Assembly: GCA_963787465.1 (NCBI GenBank)
Contig: CAWBDD010000018.1
Location: 29,612 to 93,611, forward strand
Origin: an uncultured Thermoplasmata archaeon
Lineage (GTDB): Archaea > Thermoplasmatota > Thermoplasmata > UBA10834
DNA length: 64,000 nt
Direction of reading: 5' to 3'
This document shows, piece by piece, positions 30,533-40,587 of this stretch. Every line of letters begins with the position of its first letter. Position 1 is the first letter of the stretch. Below the pieces are notes generated by a model. That model searched no databases. It had not been told where the DNA came from and saw nothing but the letters and a program-made list of their open reading frames with translations. A program made the position numbers and the translations under genes.

Positions 30533-31150
30533 ATGCCGATGGGCAAGAAAATGGAGGATGTCGAGCCCAAGAAAGAATGTCCCAGTTGCGGCCTTGGTGT
30601 CGCCCTCGAAGCCACTGTCTGCGAGTTCTGTGGATGGGACTTCGAAGAGGAGGACGAGTGGATACTCCAGATAGAGAAGCTCGAACGGGAACTCATGCTG
30701 GAGAAGCAGAAGTTCGAGCCCGGCACCGTCAACCACATGATTGAATCCACGCTCAGGAACCCTGTCCTCGAGAAGATCGACCAACCGTTCGCGCCTCACC
30801 CTCACGAGCATGAGCCCGTGCCTCCTCCGCCGAGAGAGGAGTATGACGAGTTCGAGGAGCTCGCGAGACCAGCCCCTGCCAAGACGAGGAAGCAGGCCCC
30901 AGTCAAGGAGACGAGGCCGGCACCTCCCGTGCGCGAGGCGAGGACACGCGCCCTGAAGGCGCCCCCGCCGGCACCGAGGGTCGATGAGCACGTCGCGCCC
31001 AGGACCAGGACCGTCAGGGCGCTCAAGCCAGAGCAGAAACCCTCGCCTGCACCCGCAATCAAGCCCGCTGCGCAGCCAGCCCCGAGACCGGTCCCTGAGG
31101 ACCAGGGCGCGAAGCGCACCAGGACCGTGCGCAAGGTCAAGGGGACCTGA
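30533..31150 (+). CDS. zinc-ribbon protein with Pro/Ala-rich low-complexity tail
   Basis: CPSCG..CEFCG ribbon, coiled-coil segment, then a P/A/R/K-rich tail. Confidence 0.5.
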   Translation: MPMGKKMEDVEPKKECPSCGLGVALEATVCEFCGWDFEEEDEWILQIEKLERELMLEKQKFEPGTVNHMIESTLRNPVLEKIDQPFAPHPHEHEPVPPPPREEYDEFEELARPAPAKTRKQAPVKETRPAPPVREARTRALKAPPPAPRVDEHVAPRTRTVRALKPEQKPSPAPAIKPAAQPAPRPVPEDQGAKRTRTVRKVKGT

Positions 31151-31222
31151 AGGGTCCCCACGCACCGTCTGTGTTAAGTAGACATTGAAGGATTACTTCA
31201 CATCCTCAAGGGGGATCTGCAG

Positions 31223-31864
31223 CTGCGCATACGATGGCATGGCCACGCCTGTTTTGAGGTAGAGGGCAGTGTGAGGGTCGTGACCGATCCACACGACGGT
31301 AGGTCGATAGGGATCGCACCTCCGAAGGTCAAGGGCGACTTGGTGCTCATTTCCCACGATCACTACGACCACAACTGCTCCAGACTCGTGTCCGGTCCCG
31401 AATCCGCGGTCATATCCAAGCCCATCATGACGGTGGAGCGTGGGGTCCGGGTCGAGGGGATCGAATCGTTCCACGACGAGGCCAGCGGTACGAAGAGGGG
31501 CCCGAACATCATGTTCCGGTTCGAGATGGATGGGACCACATTCTGCCACATGGGGGACCTCGGTCACCCGCTGGGCGAGACCCAGCTGGACCGCATATCG
31601 GGCGTCGATTTCCTGTTCATACCAGTCGGGGATGTCTTCACGATCGGCCCGGAGACAGCGAAGACCATCCTGGACCAGGTAAGACCGCGCGTCGCCGTTC
31701 CCATGCATTACAGGACGGGCGGGCTGTCTCTGTCGGTGAAACCGCTCGAGAACTTCCTCGACATCTGCCCGAAGGACTCCGTGGTCAAGGTCGGGAACGA
31801 GGTCGATTTCTCGGACGAGGACCTCCCCCGTCCGGGTACCGAGATCTGGGTCTTCTCGCCGTGA
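31223..31864 (+). CDS. metallo-beta-lactamase-fold metal-dependent hydrolase (UPF0173-like)
   Basis: Frame extends upstream of the listed GTG to ..IRWHGHACFEVEGSVRVVTDP (only a CTG is available at 31223, so the start is uncertain). HxHxDH motif ISHDHYDH. Downstream His/Asp ligands. Confidence 0.7.
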   Translation: MRIRWHGHACFEVEGSVRVVTDPHDGRSIGIAPPKVKGDLVLISHDHYDHNCSRLVSGPESAVISKPIMTVERGVRVEGIESFHDEASGTKRGPNIMFRFEMDGTTFCHMGDLGHPLGETQLDRISGVDFLFIPVGDVFTIGPETAKTILDQVRPRVAVPMHYRTGGLSLSVKPLENFLDICPKDSVVKVGNEVDFSDEDLPRPGTEIWVFSP

Positions 31865-31866
31865 GG

Positions 31867-32529
31867 TCAGTACAGGCCGAGCCCGTCCTCGAGACGGCCG
31901 AGCTCTATAGGCGTTGACCGGGACCCGATGAACGCGCCCTTGCTGTTCGCGACTGCGCACGCCCCCAGGAACGGCGTCCCGTAGTTCAGGGTCGCGACCG
32001 CTGCGGGCACTTTGAAGAACTCGGATATCTCCTTCAGCTCCGAATCGGTGGTCCTTGGGTGGCAGACCACGCCCTTGGACGTGGCTATGCATGCCGACCC
32101 CACGGTCTGCACGCCAGCGACGGGCCGTCTGATCACCTCGACATCCAGGACGTCCTCGACCAGCTTGAGGGCGTACTTGGAGGCCGCGGGATTCACGTAC
32201 GCCCCGTGGTCGTTAGCCAGTATGTTGTTCCCCGCGGCGTTGAGCTTCTCCTCCATGATCCCGACCCTGGTCCCCAGGGGGAACCTGGCGAGCTCGTGCT
32301 TCTCCGCGAAGTTGGTGACGATGACCCCGTTCGAGTTCGCGACGACGAGCGATCCCACGACTATCGAGCCGGCTATGGTCGTCTTCAGGACCGGGACGCC
32401 CAGAGTCTCTCCGATCTCATTCGCGTCACGGTCGTCGATCGTGTCGGGGACTATCGCAAGCTTCTCGCTAGCAGAACAGTAGACCCCGATGTACGGGCTC
32501 CCGAAGACGTCCCCGAGTCTCAGCATCAA
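31867..32529 (-). CDS. eif6: translation initiation factor 6 (aIF6)
   Basis: 220 aa with the five-fold repeated aIF6 pattern (GSPYIGVY, AIVP, TTIAGS..VGS). Confidence 0.9.
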   Translation of the reverse strand: MMLRLGDVFGSPYIGVYCSASEKLAIVPDTIDDRDANEIGETLGVPVLKTTIAGSIVVGSLVVANSNGVIVTNFAEKHELARFPLGTRVGIMEEKLNAAGNNILANDHGAYVNPAASKYALKLVEDVLDVEVIRRPVAGVQTVGSACIATSKGVVCHPRTTDSELKEISEFFKVPAAVATLNYGTPFLGACAVANSKGAFIGSRSTPIELGRLEDGLGLY

Positions 32530-32544
32530 CTAACCCCGGAGATA

Positions 32545-32835
32545 TCACTCCTCTGGGAGTGATACCTCGATCAGGCCGTCCTCGAACCGTATGGCCTTGA
32601 CCCGCACCCTGGTGGGGGGGTTCTCGATGCCCTCGGACCAGATCCGCTCGTTGACCTTGTTGTCGATCCAGACCTCGCGCTTCTTCTCATCGCCGTCCGG
32701 CGAGGACCTGCCCGCCATGTGCTGGATGACATAGTCCTTGATCTCCTTGATCGCCCTCGGCGCCCGCTTGGTCTTCGGAACCTGCTTCGTGACTGTCAGC
32801 GGGATAGTGAATACCCTCTCAATCTCTTCTACCAT
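32545..32835 (-). CDS. rpl31e: 50S ribosomal protein L31e
   Basis: 96 aa (ERVFTIPL..RAPRAIKEIKDYV..). Confidence 0.9.
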   Translation of the reverse strand: MVEEIERVFTIPLTVTKQVPKTKRAPRAIKEIKDYVIQHMAGRSSPDGDEKKREVWIDNKVNERIWSEGIENPPTRVRVKAIRFEDGLIEVSLPEE

Positions 32836-32844
32836 GTTAAGACC

Positions 32845-33000
32845 TCACACCTTCAACTTCGTCCTTCTCCAGTGGCGCCTCTTGGGGTGCCTCAGGAAGG
32901 CCCTGTTCGTCCTCATCATGACCCAGGCTGGGACCCTTCGGTTGCCCTTGATGGCCTTCATCAGCCTGAGTTTGCGTGCGTGCGGCTTGTGCTTGGACAT
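32845..33000 (-). CDS. rpl39e: 50S ribosomal protein L39e
   Basis: 51 aa basic protein [51 protein letters not shown]. Not in the ORF track (under 60 aa); found by reading the minus strand. Confidence 0.8.
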   Translation of the reverse strand: MSKHKPHARKLRLMKAIKGNRRVPAWVMMRTNRAFLRHPKRRHWRRTKLKV

Positions 33001-33004
33001 GGCG

Positions 33005-33337
33005 TCATCTCCTCTCAATCTTGATCTCTCTCTTCGACGGCATGATCCTCCTGAGGATCTGCCTGAGCGTGTAGTCGTCGATCTGCTGGCTTATCCTTCC
33101 GGACTGCACCAGCATTATCAGCTGGTTCTCGACCGTCTCTACGACGTCCGGCCGGGTCATCCTCAGGTTCGCGAGACGTTCCCTGGCCTCCGGCGTGAGG
33201 AGCTGACGCATGACCATCGCGCGCTGCGAGTCCATCTGCTTCTGCTGCTCCTGCACGAGCACGTCTTGCTGCGCCCTTGCCTGCAGCTCCTGCAGTTTCC
33301 TCTGCCTGAGAGCCTCCAGCTCCGCCTCGTCTGCCAT
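33005..33337 (-). CDS. PDCD5-like DNA-binding protein (COG2118)
   Basis: 110 aa helical protein. Conserved position between rps19e and rpl39e. Confidence 0.75.
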   Translation of the reverse strand: MADEAELEALRQRKLQELQARAQQDVLVQEQQKQMDSQRAMVMRQLLTPEARERLANLRMTRPDVVETVENQLIMLVQSGRISQQIDDYTLRQILRRIMPSKREIKIERR

Positions 33338-33347
33338 CCGCCTCAGC

Positions 33348-33803
33348 TCATACGTATTTCGTGAGTTCAGGGTTCTGCGCGGCCATCTCCTTGAGGACCA
33401 CGGTCGACACCTGGTCGACCATCTTCCGGCCCTTCGCGGAGACGACCCTGCCGCCGTCCCTGTCCTTCTGGATCAGCTGGGACTTCTCCAGCTGCTGGAC
33501 CACGTGCCTGGAGATGGACCTTGAGCCGCGAACGGCCTTGTTCGGCTTCGAGCCGCGGTCGGCCTTGCCGCCGTACTCCGCCGCGAGCCTTGTCGAGCCC
33601 ATCGGCCCGTCGATATAGAGCTTCCTCAGAACGGCAGCGCATCTGACGTGCCACCATATGTCGGAGACCGGGCTCTTCTCTCGGTGCCTTCCGGTCTTGG
33701 TGTAGGCTGCCCAGTCGGGGGCCTTTATCGTCTCAATCTTCTTCAGCTCATCGGCTATCCTGGGTATGAGCCGGTTCGCGGGTACGTCGAACGCTGTCGC
33801 CAT
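33348..33803 (-). CDS. rps19e: 30S ribosomal protein S19e
   Basis: 151 aa ([24 protein letters not shown]..). Confidence 0.9.
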   Translation of the reverse strand: MATAFDVPANRLIPRIADELKKIETIKAPDWAAYTKTGRHREKSPVSDIWWHVRCAAVLRKLYIDGPMGSTRLAAEYGGKADRGSKPNKAVRGSRSISRHVVQQLEKSQLIQKDRDGGRVVSAKGRKMVDQVSTVVLKEMAAQNPELTKYV

Positions 33804-34011
33804 TGCATTACCTCAAGCAAATGCGAGACAATCCAAACACGCTGGATTGGTTGCCACCTGAGTGGCAAATCGCGGATAAGATGGTACCCATATTTAAATG
33901 CTTCCAGCTTATCGGATACCCCTGGCGACTCCCTGGCAGCATCATCGGCGTGCACAGCATGCTCCGTCCGGGCCAAAACCCTTTTGTCGCGGGGATGGCC
34001 TTGCCGGGCCC

Positions 34012-34605
34012 GTGAAGACGGTTGTAGGCATCACGGGAGCGTCGGGCTCTATCTACGGTGTCAGGCTTCTGGAGACGCTCCCCGGACAGAAGATCGTGGT
34101 CGTCTCCGCCGACGGTGTGATGATTGCGAAGGAGGAGACGGGCATGGATGCGGCCGCCATAGGAGCGCTGGCGGACGAGCAGTATGGCAACGACGACCTG
34201 GAATCGCCCATAGCGTCCGGCTCGGCGCGCTTCGATGCGATGGTCATCGCCCCCTGCAGCGCGTCGACGATGTCCAAGATCGCGTGCGGGATAGCTGACA
34301 ACCTGATCACGCGAGCGGCCTCGGTGGCGCTCAAGGAGAGGAGGACACTCGTCCTCCTCGTGCGCGAGACACCGCTCTCCACGATACACCTGCAGAACAT
34401 GGAGCGGCTCTCGGTCGCCGGGGCCGTCGTGATGCCCGCGTGTCCGGCGTTCTACCCGAGGCCGGGGAGCGTCGACGACATGGTCGATTTCGTCGTCGGC
34501 AGGGTGCTCGACCAGCTGGGTGTCGAAAACTCGATGTACGCGAGGTGGGAGGGCGCGACTAGAGGTAGTCGTGGGTCTCGTCGAACTCGTCGACGACCTT
34601 CTTGA
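34012..34605 (+). CDS. ubiX: flavin prenyltransferase UbiX
   Basis: GTG start giving VKTVVGITGASGSIYG... flavoprotein fold. ...APCSASTMSKIACGIADNLI. Confidence 0.8.
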   Translation: MKTVVGITGASGSIYGVRLLETLPGQKIVVVSADGVMIAKEETGMDAAAIGALADEQYGNDDLESPIASGSARFDAMVIAPCSASTMSKIACGIADNLITRAASVALKERRTLVLLVRETPLSTIHLQNMERLSVAGAVVMPACPAFYPRPGSVDDMVDFVVGRVLDQLGVENSMYARWEGATRGSRGSRRTRRRPS

Positions 34606-36382
34606 ACTCGTCCTCGGGCAGTGACGCCTTGTCGGCCCAGAGTATGACCGTCGCGTTGTGTATCGCTGCGAGGTCGTTCAGCCGTCTGATGAATGCGAGG
34701 ACCGCCTCGAAGCCGTTCTCCTTCACCAGGAAGTCGACGCCATCGACCAGCAGCCCCGAGCTCTTCGTGGTCATCAGGAAAGTCGACGCGATCTCCATCG
34801 CATCGCCATCCAAGTCCCTCGGGTTCACGTTGTCTATGTCGGTCGTGCTGTCGGAGAAGCGCTTCACCTCGACGCCGTCGCCGAGATCGTGCTCCCCGCG
34901 GATCTTACCGGGAAAGTCCGATGTGAGGACCATCGCTGGCCGGTCCGAGAGGGCCATGGAGCGGATCATCTGGTAGGCGTTCTCCGGCTCCGAATCGACG
35001 ACCATGTAGTTCTTCCCGGGCTTGATCTCCTCCTGGAAGGCACCGCACTTCGTGCACTGTATGGCGAACGGTCCCTCCGTCCCGGAGTAGAGGAAGGTGT
35101 CGCCGCAGGACCTGCACTCGATGGAGCGTGTCTGCTGGGGGAATAGAAGCGCCTGGCACGACGGGCAGCTCTGCGCGCGCTCGGCGCACGCCTGGTGCAT
35201 CGCGGCGCCGCACTCGCACTGCTTGAGCCCCACGCCGAGGTCCACCGGCTTGAAGCATATCTCGCAGAGCATGTCAGGGGCCTCGTCCTCGATCCTGGCC
35301 TGCTTCACCTCTATGACGGTGTCCTCGGGTATCTCGAGGGTCGCCTTCGCATACATGACCTTCGCGACATACCACCCGGTCATGACGATTGCGGGGATTA
35401 TGAAGAAGAGGTACGAGGAGTAGAGGATCGACTCGTTCGAGGAGACAGCGAACAGGTACGGGAGCAGATAGAGCAGAACGATGAAGGCGACGAGAGCATA
35501 GGCGGTGAACCTCACGGAGTCAAGGGGTTTCGCGAACTTCCTGTACTTCCTCGGGTGCAGGAGCCTGAACTTGTCGAATCTCTTACCAGGCTGCCGCAGC
35601 ACGAGCGCAGCGCCCACCAGGACGAGCACGAGAGCGATCTGCTGGTTCTCGAACACCGAGAAATGCTCGAAGGTCAAGGTCTCTTCGTCCTCGAGGATGT
35701 TCGCATCTATCACGCCGTCGAACGAGTACCAGACGATATCGCCCACAGGCGTTCTAATCTCGCTGATGCGCCCGCCCGTGAGGTCCGGAGTCGTGAAGCT
35801 CCCTATCCCGAGTGCGAATGTGCGATGATGAAAGGACACGGCGCCTGAGAACTCGTACCCCGTGGTCGCGTTGATGGCATGGAGGAAAGTGTCGACAGGG
35901 CCCTGCGAGAGCTGGATGAGCTTCGACGAGCCATCGGCTGACGAACCGAAGCTGAGCCCGAACCGGGCATCTACCTCGGCGTCTGGGTCTGTGAACATGA
36001 GCCCGTAGGTCAGGGCCCCGATGTCGGCGTTCGTAGCCTCCGTGAAGTTCGTGGTGGAATCGATGTTGAGCCCCCAGTAGGGCCGCCCCACCAATGATGC
36101 CCCCATGTCGTCCCCGAAGTCACGGAGCTCATCGAACGAGATCATGCCGTCCGAGTCCAAATCGTAGGTCCCCACGAGGGCTTGTCTCAGTCCGATCGCC
36201 GCCTCACCCTTGAACACGAGGGAGACCGAGCCCGAGCCTGCGAGCCGGTCCAGTCCGTTGATGGTGAGCTTCGACTCGATGGAGAGTTCGGGCGGGCCGG
36301 GATCCGCGGATGAGCTACCAATGCTGACGGTCAAAAGCGCGAGGGCCACGACCGCCGCTAGAAGGACAGACGACACTCGCAT
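34559..36382 (-). CDS. multi-domain transmembrane signalling protein: extracellular domain, TM segments, cytoplasmic zinc ribbons, C-terminal DUF835
   Basis: Start at MRVSSVLLAAVV (signal peptide). About 250-aa beta-rich ectodomain, 3 TM, RING-like C-x2-C clusters (CEICF..CECG..CPSCQ; CRSCG..CTKCG). C-terminal DUF835-like domain homologous to 53512..54072. Confidence 0.6.
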   Translation of the reverse strand: MRVSSVLLAAVVALALLTVSIGSSSADPGPPELSIESKLTINGLDRLAGSGSVSLVFKGEAAIGLRQALVGTYDLDSDGMISFDELRDFGDDMGASLVGRPYWGLNIDSTTNFTEATNADIGALTYGLMFTDPDAEVDARFGLSFGSSADGSSKLIQLSQGPVDTFLHAINATTGYEFSGAVSFHHRTFALGIGSFTTPDLTGGRISEIRTPVGDIVWYSFDGVIDANILEDEETLTFEHFSVFENQQIALVLVLVGAALVLRQPGKRFDKFRLLHPRKYRKFAKPLDSVRFTAYALVAFIVLLYLLPYLFAVSSNESILYSSYLFFIIPAIVMTGWYVAKVMYAKATLEIPEDTVIEVKQARIEDEAPDMLCEICFKPVDLGVGLKQCECGAAMHQACAERAQSCPSCQALLFPQQTRSIECRSCGDTFLYSGTEGPFAIQCTKCGAFQEEIKPGKNYMVVDSEPENAYQMIRSMALSDRPAMVLTSDFPGKIRGEHDLGDGVEVKRFSDSTTDIDNVNPRDLDGDAMEIASTFLMTTKSSGLLVDGVDFLVKENGFEAVLAFIRRLNDLAAIHNATVILWADKASLPEDEFKKVVDEFDETHDYL

Positions 36383-36630
36383 AGTTGACCGACCACTGGA
36401 TTGGTATTCTGCGCTGGGCGACTTAATGCTTTCGCGTCCTGTTATCACGGCCTACACGGTGGAGCCTTCCCGGGTCGCACCAGTCCCACTTCTTCAGCAT
36501 GAGCACTGCCGTCTGCTTCAGGCATCCCATGGACGTCATGCCGTTCGATCAGTCCGCACGTGATGGATGGCGGGAGTGGTGCGGATGACCATGTGGACCA
36601 GACCCTTCGGAAGCGCGAGCCCGTCGATGT

Positions 36631-39510
36631 TCACTCCAAGTATATCGCTGGTCTGCCTGGCTTGGCGAACCTCGCCTTCCCCTTGGGGTCGTGCCTGGCG
36701 GGGTCGTCCGCGATGTAAGCCGACACTTCGCATCCGAACTGGCCGGAGATGAACCCGATGGCGGACCTGACCGTCTCGAGCTCATCGAACGGCACCGTCG
36801 CGGCGCGCCTGTCGTACTCCGACATGCGAGGGGCCTCGGTCGCGAGCTCCTTCGCGTATGCAGGGACCTCTTTCTTCGCCTGCGCGGGCGCGACCGACAT
36901 CGCCGCCTTGATGAGCCTCGACATATCTGGCTTCCCACCTTCGGCGGACAGGGCGTCGACGAGCATGGACCTCTTCCACGCGGGGGAGGTCATCACAACG
37001 ATCCTTGTCGGTCTCATCCCGGTGACCTTGACGATCTCCCCGACGTCGGCGAGGAGCTTCTCAAGCATCCGCTCCTTCGCCTCCTCGGAGAGGACTTGCT
37101 CGTCGACCTTGGCCGGCGGTATCTCATGGGTCGACACGAAGGGCGGCTTGCCAAGCCTCTCCCAGAGCTCCTCGGCGACATGAGGGGTGATCGGGGCCAT
37201 GAGTGGCACCCATGCCTCTAGCGCACGCCTCACCGCTGAGGCGTTCCTGCCGCCCCTCCTCAGATACCATCTGAAGTCCTGGGGCATCTCGAAGTAGACC
37301 TCGTTGGCATAGGACCGCACGTCGTAGTCGTCCATGTGCCTTGTGACCGAAGCGATCCTGCTCTGGGTCCTGGCATCGAGCCACGAATCGATCCCGGAGG
37401 GTGTCTGGTCCGCGATAGCCATCAGGTCCTCCACCTGGGCCGTGACCTTCTCGATACGGTCCCTGTAGGACTCGACCTTCTCCTCCTCCCAGGCAACGTC
37501 GACGAACATGGACGCCACATGGGCGTAGAACAGGCGCATCGAGTCCACGCCGAACCGCTCCGCCGCGTCGGGTATGGGCTCGGCCCCGCCCTTGGACTTC
37601 GATATCTTCCCGCCAGTCGATGTGATGTACCAGTTGACCATGATGCCGCGCGGCCAGTGCTGCGGTCTGAGGATCGCGACGTGGTTCATGAGGAACACGG
37701 GGAAGTGCACGGTCATGTGCTCCTTGCCGCCTAGATTGACGTCGAGTGGATACCAGTACTCGAACTCCGACCGTATGTCATCGAGGACCTTGGACGGCAC
37801 ACCCGTCGCCTTCTCGACGGATGGCGCATCGCCCTTGCCGAGTATGACGTAGTCGAAGAACGCCTCGTTCATCTGGGAGGCCTTGACGCGCCCGTCGTTG
37901 ACGTACATCGATACGACGTAGTAGACGGGGTAGAGCGTGCTGTCGGCTATAGCCTCGATTATCCACCTCTGGTCGAACGGGAATCTCGTCCCCAGCCAGT
38001 TACCCATCCTGACGCAGGCGCGCTCCCGGTACCACTCCAGGACACCCTGGATGTTGTCGTGATACTCCCTCGGAAGGATCTTCATGGTGAGGGCGTGCGC
38101 CTTGGACCTCTCGGTCAGGCCCGGGTTGGCGTAGTCGATGAACCACTGGTCCGGGATACGCTTGACAAGAACCTTCTCCCCGCACCTGCAGAGGACCTCC
38201 TCGGACAGGTCGTAGAACAGGGTGGCGAGTCCGTCCGTCAGCATGCGCGCCCTCATGGCGTCCTTCGCCTGCTCGACCGGTTTGCCGGCGTACTCGCCGC
38301 ACGCCTCGTTCATCACGCCCCTGTGGAAGCCGGTCTTGTAGACCTCCTTCGTGGCCTCCTCGAGCTTGGGGTCCGCTAGGGACGTGATGCCCATCTTCTC
38401 CGCGACCTCCACCGCCGGGAGCGGTCCGTAGCCAGGCGTGACTATGATGGGTATCGGCTTGGCTGAGTCGACCATCTCGTCCGTGATCCCGTATCGCTCC
38501 CTGAGCGGCTTGTCGCGCCTCAGCTCGACGAGAGCGACCCAATCGAACGGAGCATCGGACGGGACGCTCATCACAAGTCCCGTGCCGACGTTCGGGTCGC
38601 ACAGGCTCGACGGGAACACGGGGATCGCCTTGCCGGTGAACGGCGCCTTGCACAACCGGCCCATCAACGACGAGCCGTCGGCGGATCCCTTGACGATGAC
38701 TCCGTCCATCTGGAGTCCGAGCTTCTCGGCAGCCTGTCTCGACACGACCCATGTCTCGCCGCCCACTTCGACATCCACGTACTCAACGTCTGGGTTGACC
38801 CAGAAGTTGGTCAGCCCGAAAACGGTCTCCGGCCGCAGCGTCGCGGCCACCAGCTTCCTCCCGTCATCGAGCTGGAACTTGAGGATGGTGTACTCGAGCA
38901 CCTCTGCCCCCCCACCCTTGGAGATGTCAGTCTCGGACGCGTCTATGGCGACCGGCCCGTGCTCGAGGCACGCGGGGGCGAAGTACGGTTTCTGTATCAG
39001 GAGTCCGAGCTCCTTGAGCTTCCGCATCTGCCACTCGATGAACCTCGAATAGTCCGGCCACACGGTGCACGTGAATCTGCGCCAGTCGGACATGAACCCG
39101 AACCGCTTCCAGTAATCGTTCACGTACACCTCGTTGAAGAACTCGACCACCTTCAGAGGGTCCTTAAGCGAGGCGACTGTCTCGTCGGAACAGCCATTGG
39201 CCTTGAGCGCGTTCACAGTCGCAGGGTCGCCGCGCTCGACCTTGCGCGCGAACCCTATCGCGCCGTTGCCGGTCGCGTGGGTCCCGACGGGGAACAGCAC
39301 GGAGTGGCCGGTCATCTTCTTGTACCGCACGATGGCGTCCGAGACGGTGTAGCCCCTCATGTGGCCGACATGCATGTACCCGGTGACACCTGGGTACGCG
39401 AATATCATGAAGAACTTCTTGCCCCCTGGCTTGGGGACGGCCTCATTCACTCGAGCGCGGTACCACGCCTCGCGCCACTTCGCCTCCAAGGCAGAGAATT
39501 CCAGGGTCAT
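36631..39510 (-). CDS. leuS: leucyl-tRNA synthetase
   Basis: 959 aa, single intact ORF. HMGH (HVGHMRGY) and KMSKS-like (KISKSKGG) class-I motifs. Archaeal-type editing domain. Confidence 0.95.
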   Translation of the reverse strand: MTLEFSALEAKWREAWYRARVNEAVPKPGGKKFFMIFAYPGVTGYMHVGHMRGYTVSDAIVRYKKMTGHSVLFPVGTHATGNGAIGFARKVERGDPATVNALKANGCSDETVASLKDPLKVVEFFNEVYVNDYWKRFGFMSDWRRFTCTVWPDYSRFIEWQMRKLKELGLLIQKPYFAPACLEHGPVAIDASETDISKGGGAEVLEYTILKFQLDDGRKLVAATLRPETVFGLTNFWVNPDVEYVDVEVGGETWVVSRQAAEKLGLQMDGVIVKGSADGSSLMGRLCKAPFTGKAIPVFPSSLCDPNVGTGLVMSVPSDAPFDWVALVELRRDKPLRERYGITDEMVDSAKPIPIIVTPGYGPLPAVEVAEKMGITSLADPKLEEATKEVYKTGFHRGVMNEACGEYAGKPVEQAKDAMRARMLTDGLATLFYDLSEEVLCRCGEKVLVKRIPDQWFIDYANPGLTERSKAHALTMKILPREYHDNIQGVLEWYRERACVRMGNWLGTRFPFDQRWIIEAIADSTLYPVYYVVSMYVNDGRVKASQMNEAFFDYVILGKGDAPSVEKATGVPSKVLDDIRSEFEYWYPLDVNLGGKEHMTVHFPVFLMNHVAILRPQHWPRGIMVNWYITSTGGKISKSKGGAEPIPDAAERFGVDSMRLFYAHVASMFVDVAWEEEKVESYRDRIEKVTAQVEDLMAIADQTPSGIDSWLDARTQSRIASVTRHMDDYDVRSYANEVYFEMPQDFRWYLRRGGRNASAVRRALEAWVPLMAPITPHVAEELWERLGKPPFVSTHEIPPAKVDEQVLSEEAKERMLEKLLADVGEIVKVTGMRPTRIVVMTSPAWKRSMLVDALSAEGGKPDMSRLIKAAMSVAPAQAKKEVPAYAKELATEAPRMSEYDRRAATVPFDELETVRSAIGFISGQFGCEVSAYIADDPARHDPKGKARFAKPGRPAIYLE

Positions 39511-39565
39511 CTAATCGGCCAGCGGTAGCACAGAATGCCAGGGACGAATAAAAGGTTTCTTGAGC

Positions 39566-39838
39566 TCACACGCTACGCTTCTTGTGGATGAAGAACGCTG
39601 CGGGCCCAGCGGTCGCGGACACAACGCCCGCGAGGCTCAACGAGAGGCCGATCAGAAGGAATGCGTCGGGTGTCGATGTCGACGAGTTGCTCGACAGGTT
39701 GCCGTCATCCGTGCTCTCGGCGGCGTCGCCAAGGCACGAGACGGTGACCATGAAACCTGCGACGAATAGGAATATGCCGATGCCAACCATAGCGACGATG
39801 GGGCGTCTCCCCTTCGTGACTGTCCCCACGGATCTCAT
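39566..39838 (-). CDS. hypothetical small membrane protein
   Basis: Two hydrophobic helices flanking an S/T/D-rich linker. Basic C-terminus. Confidence 0.35.
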   Translation of the reverse strand: MRSVGTVTKGRRPIVAMVGIGIFLFVAGFMVTVSCLGDAAESTDDGNLSSNSSTSTPDAFLLIGLSLSLAGVVSATAGPAAFFIHKKRSV

Positions 39839-40008
39839 CGTTTTCAGCTCAAACTACTGCGATGCCTCGCTGCGGTCTGGGGCGCACCAATACGGCGATT
39901 GCTGATAAACCTTGCCTTCCGTTGCTTCCACTGCAGGGGCAGTATGACACTGAGGCTCCCAGGAAGGCGAATATCGGCTGATTTCCGGATAGGCCAGTGT
40001 GCCCCGTA

Positions 40009-40037
40009 TGACATTTTCGGACGAATTGTGACATTTT
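40009..40037 (+). promoter_or_regulatory. direct repeats TGACATTTT x2 (20-bp spacing) immediately upstream of a TATA box (CCTATATATACC, 40043-40054)
   Basis: Seen directly in the sequence. The repeats abut the BRE/TATA of the RHH-FtsZ-like operon. The TATA centre is about 58 nt upstream of the ATG at 40108. Confidence 0.5.
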
Positions 40038-40107
40038 GGCAACCTATATATACCAATGTCCTACATATGTCCCTCTTGCGTCAGAAGAATCGGGATGGGA
40101 TGCACCT

Positions 40108-40491
40108 ATGTCCGACCCGCTGGAAAATGAGAGAATAACGATCCGCCTCGACCCGGAGGACCTAAAACTCCTGGACGAGTTCATAGCGGAAAGCAGGGAG
40201 TTCTCCAACAGGTCGCAACTAGCCCGAGTCGCTATCCGCGCGTACGTGGAGGCGAAGTCGGCAGGTGCAGAGGGGATGACTGGAAGGAAGCCGAACGAGG
40301 TGGTGGTCATGCTACCGCCCCTCGTCTTGGACATGATAGCTCATCTGGTGACCGAGGGTGTCTACAGCACGATATCCGAGGCAGTGGCCGATTGCGCCCG
40401 GGACAAGTTCCTCCACGCGGAGCACGTGGAGTCACTCAAGAAGGACGCGATGAGCCAGAGGAGCACCCTGAAAGTCGTACCGGATGCGTAG
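40108..40491 (+). CDS. tandem ribbon-helix-helix (CopG/ParR-like) DNA-binding protein
   Basis: Start MSDPLENE (the TTG at 40036 lies upstream of the TATA box). Two RHH units: ERITIRLDPEDLKLLDEFIAES..SQLARVAIRAYVE and EVVVMLPPLVLDMIAHLV..STISEAVADCARDKF. Confidence 0.55.
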   Translation: MSDPLENERITIRLDPEDLKLLDEFIAESREFSNRSQLARVAIRAYVEAKSAGAEGMTGRKPNEVVVMLPPLVLDMIAHLVTEGVYSTISEAVADCARDKFLHAEHVESLKKDAMSQRSTLKVVPDA

Positions 40492-40587
40492 GAGAGCTGA
40501 CGACGCCTTGGTCGGCGATAAGCTGGAGGGCACTCTCTCCGTGTGCCCCTGACTGCGTCGACCATACAGGATGGAGGCCAAGAGAGA

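Noticed and set aside
40036-40107. Upstream TTG start for the RHH protein (ORF track start 40036).
   Set aside because: The putative TATA box and operator repeats lie inside this extension. The ATG at 40108 sits at the expected distance downstream of the TATA.
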